From Azolla caroliniana (taxonomy: Eukaryota > Plantae > Polypodiophyta): DNA of 64,000 bases. Location: assembly GCA_043228905.1 (NCBI GenBank), contig JBHGNT010000013.1:20274001-20338000 (forward strand), read 5' to 3'. Every line of letters starts with the position of its first letter. Position 1 is the stretch's first letter. Below, in pieces: positions 27,069 to 39,900 of this stretch. The translations under genes and the position numbers were made by a program. Under the pieces are notes generated by a model. The model ran no database searches. It was not told the DNA's origin and worked only from the letters and a program-made list of their open reading frames with translations.

Positions 27069-27724
27069 ATTTCAACATCATCGTGCTCTCACCCATTTTC
27101 CCATTTCAAGTTGTAAAAGAAATAGGCAACGGCATTCCACATGTGATGATTTAGTTGCTTCTCTCAACCTCATGTCAGTTTTTGTTAAATCAAAGGAATG
27201 CGAAACAAGGTTAATATGATACTAAGATTGTAAATTAACTAAATTGTTAAAGCATGATAATAGAGTTTCATAAGATATAGACCATAACTGTCAGGAATAG
27301 TACTAAAGCAGAGATGGAATTAGTACTAAGAAGAGTAGTACTATTAGTACTAAGAGGACATGACTGCGTAAGATTCCTGAGAGAGGAAGTGAGAAGAGGA
27401 GAGAGAGAGAGAAAGATGATGACATCAACTAATATATTATGTGAAAAGATAAGTACAAAGCGGTTGAGAGGCTTAAGACTGGTGTTGAACCAATTTGGTT
27501 CAACATAATGCCTAGTGCCTTTTTTTATAGTGTTGTCAGGAGTAATCCTGAAACTTCTAGAATGTTCCAGAGAAATCTGGAATATACATTACTTTCTTAT
27601 AATAAAACATAAATGAAAATAATATCCTATGAATTACAATAGATGGTGTGATGGTTAAGAGCTCGACCCATATACCATAAGGTCATGGGTTTGAGTCTTG
27701 CCATATCATGACACTATCTCCCCC

Positions 27725-27958
27725 TTAAAGACGACGAGTGGAACGAGTCGACGCTGACTGCGGACCGGGTTTGTCCGGATACTTTCGGTGAAAATTAGCA
27801 AGCAGATCCTGAGCATTGGCAACATGCTCGACGGGTTCCCAAGTGCGTTCGATCGGACTATAACCAACCCAATCGACCAAATAATAAAGTTTGTTGCGAA
27901 TAAGTTTGGAATTGAGGATGGCAGCAACTTCATACTCCGGGCCGGCGTCCAACTCCAA
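27725..27958 (-). pseudogene. Integrase chromodomain (group I-like) of element C
   Basis: YEVAAIL...YYLVDWVGY...TWEP; the aromatic-cage Y/W/Y residues are retained. Confidence 0.92.
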
Positions 27959-30900
27959 CGGGGGCGGCGGTGGTGTAACACGATTGGGAATGGTGTTTGC
28001 TTTATAAGGTTCAAGAAGGCCGTGTATCCGTAGCTATGCAGAGACGGAGAGAAATAGATATATACAACTGAAAGGTGAGGGACTACGCGGAGGGAGGGCA
28101 TCCACATAGCTCTAAATCATAGGATCAAATTCCAGAGTGGGAGATCAAGGCGGAATGTGACATCATTAACTTTACCCGTAATACGGAAAGGACCGAGTTG
28201 TCGATAATCCAACTTGTCGCACGGTCGAGTAGTCTTGATGTGACGATGTAAGAGCCATACTCGATCTCCGATGGCAAAAGAGGAGGGAAGCCGATGACGA
28301 TCTGCGTAAGTCTTCTGTGTCTGTTGAGCATGACGAAGATGAGTCGAGAGATCTGTCTGGATCTTGCGTAGTCTCTCCAAATGATCCTCGGCACGAGGAT
28401 TGGTAGGTAGCTCAGGGGTGTCAATCACCGACCAGCGAGGATGAGAACCGGTATAAGCGTAGAATGGGGAGACTCGAGTCGAGGAGTGAACAACATTATT
28501 ATACGCAAACTCCGCAAAGTGGAGAATCTCGGCCCAATCGTCCTGTTGATAACTCAGGAAACACTAGAGATATTGCTCCAGCGTTTGGTTTGTTCGTTCT
28601 GTCTGCCCATCAGTCTAAGGATGGTAGCCGGAGGAGAGGTTGCAAGAGACCTTGAGCATCTTGAAGAGATGCTGCCAAAATTTGGAGACAAATTGCGGTC
28701 CTCGGTCACTGATGATACTGTCTGGGAGGCCATGATGCCGAAATACCTCACGCATGACTAGGGCGACGGTTTCCTCGCTAGTGATGGCCTTAGTACACGG
28801 AACAAAATGTGCCATCTTCGTATATCGATCGGCGATGGTTAAGATAGCATCGAACCCCTGTGAGACCGGCAGATCTGTGATAAAATCAAGACAAATAGAC
28901 TGCCACGGCTTACTTGGAATCGGTAAGGGTTCCAACAAGCCATATGGATGGTGTCGTGGCATCTTTGCTCAACAGCAAGCATCACAGGTTCGAACGTAGT
29001 CGTCGACAAAACGGCGCATGTGGGGCCACCAAAAAGATCGCTGCACTAGCTCCAACGTCTTAGTACTACCGAAATGTCCCGCCGTATGGGTGTCGTGACA
29101 ATGCTGGACGATGTGAAGGCGACAGGAGCAATCGGGGACATATACGTGCTTTTTAAAGAATAACAAACCATCATGATATTCGAATTGTCGGTAGTCAATA
29201 CCTGGTTGTTGAGACTGAGAATAGGATGCCCGAGAAGTATCAATGTGCGCCAGGATGTCTTGAGCAAAACTATCCGTCTTCAAGTTTGCACGTATGTCAT
29301 CGGGAATCCGTGAATCCATCGGGGTGTGAAAAATCCGCGTCGTGTGCAATCGTGTTGGTCCCAAGATTACTTGCTTTTGATTATCAAATGTTGGATCACC
29401 AGGACGAGGTGCAAGATATGAACGCCGTGATAGTGCATCTGCTTTTCCTTTCTGCTTCCCCGGTCGATATGTGATTTTGAAGTCGAAACGCGTGAGGAAT
29501 TGCGCCCACCGAGCTTGCCGTCGATTTAGTACACGAGCGTTCTAGAAGTACGCAAGATTTTTATGATCACTAAAGACAACAACCTGATGTGGAGAGCCCT
29601 CTAAGAAATGCCGCCATTGCACAAATGAATCCACAATGGCTAATAACTCCTTGTCATGTATTTCGTAGTTGATTTCCGCAACATCGAATTTGCGCGAATG
29701 GAAAGCCACCGGATGCAACTCTTCTTTATCTCCTTGTTGAGAAAGGATGCTACCGAGGGCGAAATCCGAAGCATCGGCCTCCATGATGAATGGTTTGCGA
29801 GTATCCACATGAGCTAGAATAGGTGCTGATGTAAAGGCTTTCTTAAGATGCCGAAAAGCCATATCTGCTTCAATGGACCAAAGAAATGCTTGGCCCTTCT
29901 TCGTAAGTTGTGTGAGGGGTAGGATAATCTTCGAGTAATCCTGTATAAACTTACGGTAGAAGTTAGCAAAACCTAGAAAACATTGTACATCTCGTACCGA
30001 TCGTGGAATTTGCCACTCTAGTACAGTTTGGACTTTAGCTGGATCCATGGCGATGCCCTTTGAGGAGATGACGTAGCCTAGAAATTCCACTTGCTTGCAG
30101 TCAAAGCTACATTTTTCTAGCTTGGCATAAAGACCATTCTCGCGGAGTCGCTTTAGTACTAATAGTACATGAGAATCGTGCTCTTGCTGGGTCTTTGAAT
30201 AAATCAATAGATCATCAAGATAGATGATCAAACATATATCCAAGAGGTCTCTGAATATATCATTTGCCATGTGTTGGAAGACTGCGGGTGCGTTGGTTAG
30301 GCCGAACGGCATAACAGTATACTCGAAATGCCCATACCGCGTGCGAAAGGCGGTCTTCCATTCATCTCCCGGTCGGATCCGCACGAGGTTATACGCTCCT
30401 CGTAGATCGATTTTGGTAAAAAACTTGGCACCATTAACTCGCTCTAAAAGACTTGATATAAGAGGAAGTGCATACCTATTCCGGATGGTGACCTTATTCA
30501 ATCCGCGGTAATCAACGACGAGACGAAGTGAGCCATCTTTCTTCTTGACAAAGAAGATGGGTGCACTGGTCGGAGATTTTGAATGACGGATGAACCCGCT
30601 TGCCAAGTTCTCCTTTATGTAGGCTCGAAGGACTTCTAACTCAGTGGGTGACAAGTTGTAAATTGGTCCCCATGGTGGCTCGGTTCCTGGTTGTAAATCG
30701 ATGGGACAGTCATAGGGACGGTGATGAGGAAGGGTACCGGCTTTTACCTTGTCAAATACATCGGCATAAGGATGATATTTTGCCAGAAGTTGTATTGAGG
30801 AGTCCTTCTTAATAGTGCTGGAAGGGTGTACTGATATTGCAAATAGGAACATTGCCTCCTTGTGTCCTTCTTCGCGTAATTGATGGAGTGAAATGGTCGA

Positions 30901-31380
30901 AACTCGGTGAGTAGATTCTTGGGGTGGTCGATATCGGACTTCTCTTGTCCTCCAATCTATGGCTGGATTATGTAATTCAAACCAAGGTAATCCTAGGACA
31001 ATGGGATGCTCTGGACTACTAATTATATTAAATGATATTACACACACAAAACTACCTAGGACAACTTGAATGGGTTCTGATTCTTCTACAATATTCCCGG
31101 AAGCAATGGGATGACTATCAATGACTACTACAGATGCGGGACAAGGAAGTTTTCTTAAGGATATCTGAGAAGCTTGGGCAAAATTTCGATCCATGAAACA
31201 GGAATTAGCTCCGGAATCTAAGAGTGCTACGACGGGTACTGGGGGAGTACTTTTAGTACTAACAATGACTTGGGCTAGGAACACATTGCTAACTTGCTTG
31301 GAAGGAATGGAACCACTAATGGGCTGTACAGATCTAGGGCTGTTGTCCAACCAAACGGCTCCTATTTTGGCTGGACTCAA
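27959..31380 (-). pseudogene. pol: Element C pol (PR LLDSGA, RT IYLDD, RH DASD, INT HHCC/DDE/GPF) with premature stops
   Basis: ORF 29542-31380 plus fragments 28969-29364, 28615-28962 and 28117-28428. Confidence 0.93.
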
Positions 31381-31818
31381 TCGTTTAACTCTTCATCTAA
31401 TTGACTAAGGATTTCAAATTTGTTTGAGATACTTGGGCTATTAGTACTATGAATACTATCTGACACTCTATTAGTACTATTAATACTATCAAACACTCCG
31501 AAGGGAAGAATTGACTCGGGTTTAGTACAAGCGACGATTTGATTTACTTGTCTTCTTGGCCTATGGGGAAAATTGATGGCAATATGCCTTGGTCCACCGC
31601 AATAAAGACATAATCGATTGGCACGTCGTCGTTGCTTTTCTTCTTCCGATAACGGGCCGCGTCGACGCATGGTGTCGATCTCCATCGGTGTCGGAATATT
31701 GGCTTGGGGTACATCGCGTGCAAACGGTTTAGCCATGACTAAGGCAACAAACTTTTCTTTTAGGCACTGTAACTTGGAGAAAACGGATTGATATTCTTGG
31801 GCGCTAACAGTAGCCATA
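31377..31818 (-). pseudogene. gag: Element C truncated gag (N-terminus fused to PMEID + CCHC knuckle; capsid missing)
   Basis: MATVSAQEYQ...PTPMEID...CLYCGGPRHIAINFP, only ~146 aa long. Confidence 0.8.
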
Positions 31819-32156
31819 GTATAGGGAAAAGGGTAGGAGGATGAGGGAGAACGACAAGTAGGCTGGAGGAAAGGAAGAAATTGGTTCAAACTGTCAGGAA
31901 TAGTACTAAAGCAGAGATGGAATTAGTACTAAGAAGAGTAGTACTATTAGTACTAAGAGGACAGGACTGCGTAAGATTCTCGAGAGAGGAAGTGAGAAGA
32001 GGAGAGAGAGAGAGAGAGAAAGATGATGACATCAACTAATATATTATGTGAAAAGATAAGTACAAAGCGGCTGAGAGGCTTAAGACTGGCGTTGAACCAA
32101 TTTGGTTCAACATAATGCCTAGTGCCTTTTTTTATAGTGTTGTCAGGAGTAATCCT

Positions 32157-32174
32157 GAAACTTCTAGAATGTTC
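32157..32174. promoter_or_regulatory. Perfect four-unit heat-shock element upstream of the LTR TATA box (also at 27550-27567 and 52926-52943)
   Basis: GAAacTTCtaGAAtgTTC; the minus-strand TATAAAA starts at 32136. Confidence 0.7.
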
Positions 32175-32250
32175 CAGAGAAATCTGGAATATACATTACT
32201 TTCTTATAATAAAACATAAATGAAAATAATATCCTATGAATTACAATAGA

Positions 32251-32304
32251 TGGTGTGATGGTTAAGAGCTCGACCCATATACCATAAGGTCATGGGTTCG
32301 AGTC
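32251..32304 (+). promoter_or_regulatory. tRNA-derived Pol III A-box/B-box cassette at the LTR terminus
   Basis: TGGTGTGATGG...AGGTC..GGTTCGAGTC with tRNA-like U8-to-G53 spacing (45 nt). Confidence 0.65.
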
Positions 32305-35300
32305 TTGCCATATCATGACAATAATAGACTTTTCATTCTGATTCTCTCAAAGGTATAAGCTTCATCTTTTATGCCGCCTCTTCTTTCTTGTATGTTGCCA
32401 GGTGTTGTCCGCCGGAATAGTAACCGATGGACAGGAGCGCAGAAGTATAGAATATAGTAAAAACGTAATGCATGTAAATGGTTCACGCGGGAAGCGTGAA
32501 CGGCTAAAAGACCGGTGTATATAAAGGGCAAAAATCCTCTGATAGAGGTAGCGTGTAATTTTGAATGTAAAACGCGTATCGTAATAGAGTTCTATCTTCT
32601 CTGATCCCTGTGCGTATCTGTGGTTAATCTACTGTGTGTTTGTGATTCTTGGTGGCGTAGCGTAGTCGTAAGAGCGTAGGTGTGAGTGACAGTGTGGTTG
32701 CTGGTCCACTGTCTAAGGAGTTCGGTTGTAGCCGTCTCCCTTATATGCTACTAGGATACGGGAGGTATCCCATTAAGTATTACGCTACGACGGTACAATT
32801 CGTTGCAACACAGTCACTTTGAGGTCTAGGTCGAAGGACTGACTGTAGACCGTGTTCCTAATCGGTAACACTTTTGGCATGCTTGGTGATCTGTACCTTC
32901 TCATGCGCACGGCAGAAACCTTGCCTCAGTGACCTCAGTGATACTTGTCAGGACCACAAAGACGATTTCTTGCTCCCCAAATACCTCGGCGAAAAGCAGG
33001 AAGCGCGCTCACCACATAAGCACTATGGTCTTTCCCTGCCCGCCGTAGCATCCAACATGACCTTCTCTTATACCCGGTTGAACGACGAAACCGACGAAAC
33101 CAACGCCACAACCCACATTCGACTATTCCTGAATGTCTGGAATGCAAACCACATGGCGCAGAGCCTTTCCAAAGGAGTAGCGCACCAGTCCAAAATGACA
33201 GAGTTTGGATTAACCTTGGATGGGAGAGCGGCGTTTTGGCATTCACAGATGGATCTGCCAGCAATCACGACCTTCGACTAGCTGCAGTCGGCCTTTCTGC
33301 GTTTTTTTCATCGGAGGGTGCTGCAACGTGAAATCCTCGGGCAATTTTACACAATTAAACAGTTGCTGGCTGAGACAGTAGCGGATTTCAGTTTACACTT
33401 CCAAAATCTACGATGGAAATTAGAACCGGGCCCGACGGAGGACGAGGCTCGGGAGACATTTCTGGCAGCTTTACGATGACCGATACAGACGACGCTCAAC
33501 TACAATAGCGTGAAAGGAGAAATGGCCGACATGGTCATAGAACGAGCGCTACAGCTCGAGCTGGACGAAGAAGAGGAAAGGTTTTCCATGTCCTCATTAT
33601 GACAAGTGTTACCTCAGGATGAGGAACGACATTTTCGCTAGGCAATCCAGTGCATGATTTGCTTAAATTTGGGGCATTCCATAGTCGAATGCAACATGCG
33701 AATCCACTGCCCAATCTGTCACTCGAAAGCTCACACGGTTGAGCAGTGCGAGTACAATATGTTGAATAGATCCACGCCCATAGTACGAAGCGTGGAAACA
33801 CAGCGTCCCCCCTTGCTGTAATGAGCAAAGGCGCCAAGAAGAACGACCCCGATATACGGATCAGAACCCACGCGATGACCGGCACTACCGGAATCGCTGG
33901 AATAACAACGATTACGAGGAAGAAGAGCCGGAGGATGAAGACTACCGAGCCAACCACCGATATAATAAAGGAGGCCGACGCTACGAAAATTACCATCCGA
34001 CGAACAAACGGTGCAGCTTCAATGCGCCTCGCGGGAAACATCGTCAGTATCGGGACCAACGACGGTACGACGAAAGTTCGGACGATGATCGGCACCAGGA
34101 ACCGCGCCGGGACGAATAATAACCACCGCGTACGCTCAGAAGAATGAATCAGGACCAGGAGGAGCAAGTCACACCCGAGGATTGGCATGCACCACCAATG
34201 GCTGAGAAAGGCGAATCTAGCGTCCTCTGTTTTGTTTGCCAACAACCAGGACATTATGCCACACGATGTCCACTACGCAAAGGCAAGGGGCCCGCCGTCA
34301 ATACGATTATGGCAGAAGTTCAGCAAGTCACAACACGACAGCAAACAAAAAACGCTGATTGGGCCACACAAGATGATATACATCAGACGGTGCAAGCATG
34401 GGAAGAAAAAGCGAACGCAGCAAATACGGAACACATGCGGAAGGAGTCCACGAACAATGTGGAGCCTTTGGCGGAAGATGTAATATCTTCGGATCCCTTA
34501 TGGCAAGCATTGGAAGGCCACGAGATAACATTGACCATGGAGAAGCTACTTCAACTAGTCCCACGGTTCCGCCAGGCCGTGGAGGATCGCATAATGGGCC
34601 GACCTGGGGTAAACGTCTCCGCCAATTTTACGGACATCAATGCCGGACCATCAGTGGTGGATCACCACAATCCGGCTATTAAGTTGATATTACACGGTCA
34701 GGAAATCACAGGATGCGTAATCAACGGCGGCTCTGGCATCAATGTAATTAGCGCGAAGACATGCGAACAATTGGGAATTTCAGAATGGGAAGCTTGCCCG
34801 TTTTGGCTTCGCATGGTGGATACCCGCTCAATACGGCCTTTAGGCTTAATACGCAAGTTAGGAATTATCATTGGAGGACATCGTTTCGACGTCTCACGCC
34901 CTAGGAGCGTATCCTATGCTGCTTGGCAGACCGTGGCTTCGTTCAACGAATATCAAACAGAGCTGGCAACATAAGTGCATCAGCTTTCGACGTGGACGCA
35001 CCAAGGTTCGTGTACCAATAGAGGAAATGACGACACAACCCAAGGGCATCACACCGTTATATGCGGAAGATATAAATATCCTAGCTGGGGTGGATGATGT
35101 GGAATTAGAAGTATACTTAGACGAGCACCCCCGGATCATTCCGCTATTCGAAATCGATGTCATAGAAGCCGCGGCGGAATACGCCACGCTCGCTGCGCCC
35201 CACGAAGAGGCTTACGAACTAGACCTAGAGTCATTATTAGAATTAAGTAGAGCACGGGCAACGTTCGAGATGGAACTGGAAATTTCACGACGAGGCACTG

Positions 35301-36975
35301 CCTCAACCCTAGTAGAAGTAAATGTGGGTACAATGTCAAAACCCCGATTTCTCTTCATCGCAAAAGAATTACTGCCGGATCAGAGAGACACGATGATAGC
35401 ACTACTCAGGAAGTATAAAGATGTGTTCGTTTGGTCCCACGAGGACATGAAGGGGTTGGATCCGAATTTCTATCAACATAAGATCAATTTAGCAACCGGT
35501 GCAAAACTGGTCCAGTAGCGTCGGTACCGCATGAACCCAAACTACGTGTCTCACGTAAAAGAAGAAATTGACAAACTCCTCAAGGTCGGATTCATTCGAC
35601 CAGTCAAACAAGCTACATGGTTAAGCCCGATAGTAGTCGTCCCAAAGAAAAATGGCCAAATACGTGTATGCGTGGACTACCGAAAATTGAATGCCATAAC
35701 CATTACTGACGCATTCCTGTTACTGTTCACTGACAACGTACTGGACGCCGTCGTAGGGCATGACATGTACAACTTTTTAGATGGCTTCAGTGGGTACAAT
35801 CAAGTACGCATACACCCCGACGACCAAGAGAAGACGACGTTTGTTACAGACTGGGGCGTCTATGTCGTAGTCGTCATGATGTTCGGGCTAAAGACGGGCC
35901 CGACTACATTTCAACGGACAATCACGAAGATTTTTGGGGAATATATACCGGCCTTCATGCAAGTTTTTTTAGACGATTTTGCGATATATGGGACAACAAC
36001 CGACCATTTTTCGCATCTACAGCTTTGCATGGAGCGTTGCCGAACTGCGCGCTTAAGCTTGAATCCCGCGAAATGCGCCTTCGACGTTACCAGCGGGGCT
36101 CTCCTCGGCCACATAGTCAGTAAGGGATAGTGGTTGATCCAAACAAAATCTCTGTGATTGCTCACGCGACAACACCGACAAACGCTGTCGGGGTTACTAC
36201 GCCCTTGCGTGGAGAAAGGAGGAGGGACCACGGGGGTCTCGAACCGAAGAGAGAGAGAGAGAGAAGAAAGAGAGAGAGACCCGATTACACAGAACCGAAG
36301 ATCCGATTGCGCAGAACCGACGATTGCACAGGGACACGGCCCAACAAACAGAGATCACAAATGAACGCCGACACAGATGGACGCAACAACGAGAGATAAG
36401 TACTTATGAATGCAAGAAAACAACAGACTAAAGTATTACAACCCACGGTGGGGCACAAAATAGATGCTAACGAAAACGAACAGGGCGGCGAACAGCTGCC
36501 GACCCCTGTATGTCGCGACGCACAGAAGGGGAAAACAGGTCGGAGGTGCTGCAGGACGCACTCGGGGCGTTCCACGGAACAGCGCAAGCCTCCTCGAAAC
36601 CTGCACAGGTACGCGATGGAGCAGAAGACAGAGAGAGCAGGAGTGAGAGAGAAGCTCCGAAATCGGTTCGGCAGCACTTCGTCCTCTCCGCGGGAGATGT
36701 TTTTCTCCTATTCTCCCTCTTCCTTTTTATAGCCCGTCAAGCGGCCGTTTGGCATTAACTGCATACCAACCGAATCTGCCCACCTAGGATCCTCGTATGT
36801 ACCTACTTCGTCCTTAGGTACTTCTTGGCGCGCGTGTGTGTGTAGAGCCGTTTCCCACGCCTTGTTCCTCCGATTCCTCTTGTGGGCGGTTTTCTTCACG
36901 ACATCCGCCCCCACCTAACCGCGCATCCGCCGGCATGCGCCAAATTAAGTTGGCACGGAGAAAACCGGCCCGCCT

Positions 36976-39900
36976 TTACTCTTCGCCTGCCGGCCCTTCC
37001 TCGGCCCCGGATCGGTCGTCGCTGCTGTCCAGGAGAATCGGGTCGGGTTCGTCGTCGTGCCGCTTCTTGAAAGCTTTGATCCTCTTCCCGGCCACGGGTA
37101 TCGCTATTCTCGTACCGTCGAGCTCCGCCAGATGATACGTCCCGTTGTCGTTGGCGCTCTGTACCGTGTACGGCCCGAACCATCTCCGTGCGAACTTCCG
37201 CGTTGCTCGGTGCTGGTTGTCGAGGCTGCTGTCGTAGACGAGCACCCAGTCACCTTCGTCGATTTTCTTCGGTCGTACCCGGTGCGTTTGGTCGAACCGG
37301 GCTTTGTTCTTTGTCCTCGCCACCCGGAGCTTCTCCGTAGCCAGTGCCACGTCCTCCGGTCTCCGCTCGAGCTGTCGTATACGTGCGGCCAACAACTCCT
37401 CCCGGCTCATCTCGTCCCTCCAGTCGACCGTTGCCCACGAGGAGATCGTCCGTTCAATCGGCATGATCGGCTTCTGGCCGAACATGAGCTCCGTCGGCAT
37501 GTACCCGGTTACCGAACTGTGCGTGGTCCGGTCTGCCCACAAAGCATAAGGTAGAAGTCGCGGCCAGTTACCGACTTGGCCTCCGCATGCCCGAACCAGC
37601 GCCTTGACGATCGGCCCGTGTCCGCGCTCCACCTTTCCATTCGCCTCCGGGTTGTACGCAGTGGTGAGCGAGAGTTTGACTCCCAGCCGATCGAACAGCT
37701 CCGCGGCTTCCTCGGCGTCCAACTCCCCTCGGTCAGCCACGATCTTCCCGACGCACCCGTACCGGCATATCACGTCCTCGATCAGGAACCGACACACGGC
37801 CGCGGTCGTCTTGTTCTGAAGGGCTCGGCCTTCCACCTGGTTCGTCAGGTCTTCCCGCGCTAGGACCAGATACCGCATCTGTCCTACCCCCATCGGCATC
37901 GTCACCAGATCTACCATCCATTTGAAGTGGATAGTCGGAGGGTACGTAGGGTGAAGCTCGTCCCGGTGTCGGACTATCGAGTGCATCTGACAACTCTCGC
38001 AAGTTGACACGAACCGATGCACGTCCCGGTACAATCCCGGCCACCAGTACTTCCCCTTCAGCTTTTCAAACGTCGCCCACGTTCCACGGTGCCCAGCCCA
38101 AGGGCTGTCGTGGTAGGCCGCCAGTAGCTCCTCCTGTTCTTCCTTCATCGCCACCACCCGGAGCGGGACGCCGTTCCTCTTCTTCGGGTGCTTCCACAAA
38201 TGCCCATCTCGGAGAAGGAATCGATATGCTTTCTTCCGGATCCGGTTGGCCTCGTCCTTCGTCCATGACGCATCGGGCGTCATTGTCTTCAAAAACCCGC
38301 CGATCTGCAGCCACTCCCCGTCGTACTTGCTCGCGTCGAACTCGTTAAGCGCCGGAGTGCTCATCCCGTCGGTCGTTATGTATGCCGCCTCGAAGAAATC
38401 CACGCCGACTTCTTCGTCTTCCGAAACCATGCCGCCCTCGTCATCGAACCTCGCCCTCGAAAGCATGTCGGCCATGGCGTTGTCTTTCCCGGAAATGTGT
38501 CGTATTTCCGGGTCCAGGGACTTGATGTACGCTATCCACCTGAGCATCGCCAGGTCCGGAGTCGCGCATCCGGAAACCATACCGAGAATCGGCAGGCAAT
38601 CCGTCTCGATGATCACTTCCGTCCCTATCAGGTAGTCTTTGTCGGCCTTAACCGCCGAAACAATACCCCAGAGTTCGCGTTTAACCTGGGCGTATCCTCG
38701 CTGCCGTTCACTGAGGACTTTCGCGCCGAATCGGATCGGAAACCGATTGCCGTCCTCGTCTTCCTGGTTCACGACCCATCCGATCCCGGTCGGACTGGTA
38801 TCCACCGTTATGAATACCGGGGTACCCTTCCCGTATACCGCCTTCCGGAGTGCCGGTGCCGCTGCAAGGGCCTCTTTCAGCTTCCGGACCGATGCCGCGT
38901 GCTCATCTAGCCATTCGAACCTTCGCCCCTTTTTCAGCAACCCGTACAGTGGCTCCGCGACGTGTGCGTAATGCGGGATCCATATGTGGTAGAACGCGCA
39001 TGCCCCCAGGAATCTCCGTACTTCCGTGACCGAGCTGCAGTCGGGCTTCATCGCGGAGATGGCTTCTACCTTTGCCGGAGACGGTTTCCGGCCATATGGT
39101 CCGCACAGGTGTCCGACCACCATGATTTCTGACTGCCCGAAGGCCGACTTCTCCCCGGAGAAGGTGAGTCTCGCATCCTCTAGCCTTTGCAGCACCTTCT
39201 CGCAGTCGTCGATGTGCGTCGCCACGAATCGCCGGCATCCGTCCGGCCCGATCGTCTCGTCCTTTTCTTCCACCGGGCATCCCTTGATCGGGATGTCGTC
39301 CAGAAACGGCATGGTGATGTCCGGGATACAGTCCCTCAGAACCTTGTTCATCGCATTCACCATGTGGGCCACCGAGTTGGTCCCTCCTTGCGGCAGTGTA
39401 CACATCCGAACTAGGCCGAGGGGAGTTCGCATCGTCGTAATGTCTCTGCTCTCCACGGCTAGCTGGAACTGGTCGTACCCTGAGTATAGATCCCCGACCG
39501 AGTAAATTGACCTTCCGGCGAAGGCCTCCGCGAACTCGTCTATGGTCGGTCCGATCCCTGCGTTCCGAATGGTCACTCGATTGACCGGCTGCAGGTCCTG
39601 GATGAAGCGCAACGAACCGTTTTTCTTCGGTACGGTAAACCATCGATTCGAATATGGGGCGCTCGACGGCTCGAGAATTCCCATATCAACTTTCTGCCTC
39701 AGCAGCTCCATCAACTTCGGGATGTGAGCTCTCGGAACCGGGATTGGCTTGAGATTCCATGGTACATGCGGTACCGTGAATATCACCATCGGCTCCACGA
39801 TCGTCGGGTCAACGCACCCGATTTCCTCCGGCGAGAATGCGAAGGCTTTCCCGCGCCTTCCGAGCATTCTCCGAAACCGGTCTTCCTCCGCCGGCAGTAG

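Larger units (their letters stand above)
27289..32320 (-). mobile_element. Ty3/Gypsy chromovirus C (Tcn1/Tf1-Sushi-like) with an internally deleted gag
   Basis: LTRs 27289-27713 and 31892-32320 (TGTCA...TGACA). TSD ATAAC/ATAAT. PPT from 27714. Domain order PR-RT-RH-INT-chromodomain. No tRNA PBS. Confidence 0.95.

Noticed and set aside
32245-32320. Possible tRNA gene
   Set aside because: The A/B boxes are present, but the acceptor, anticodon and T stems do not pair, and it is part of an LTR. Reported as a tRNA-derived cassette instead.
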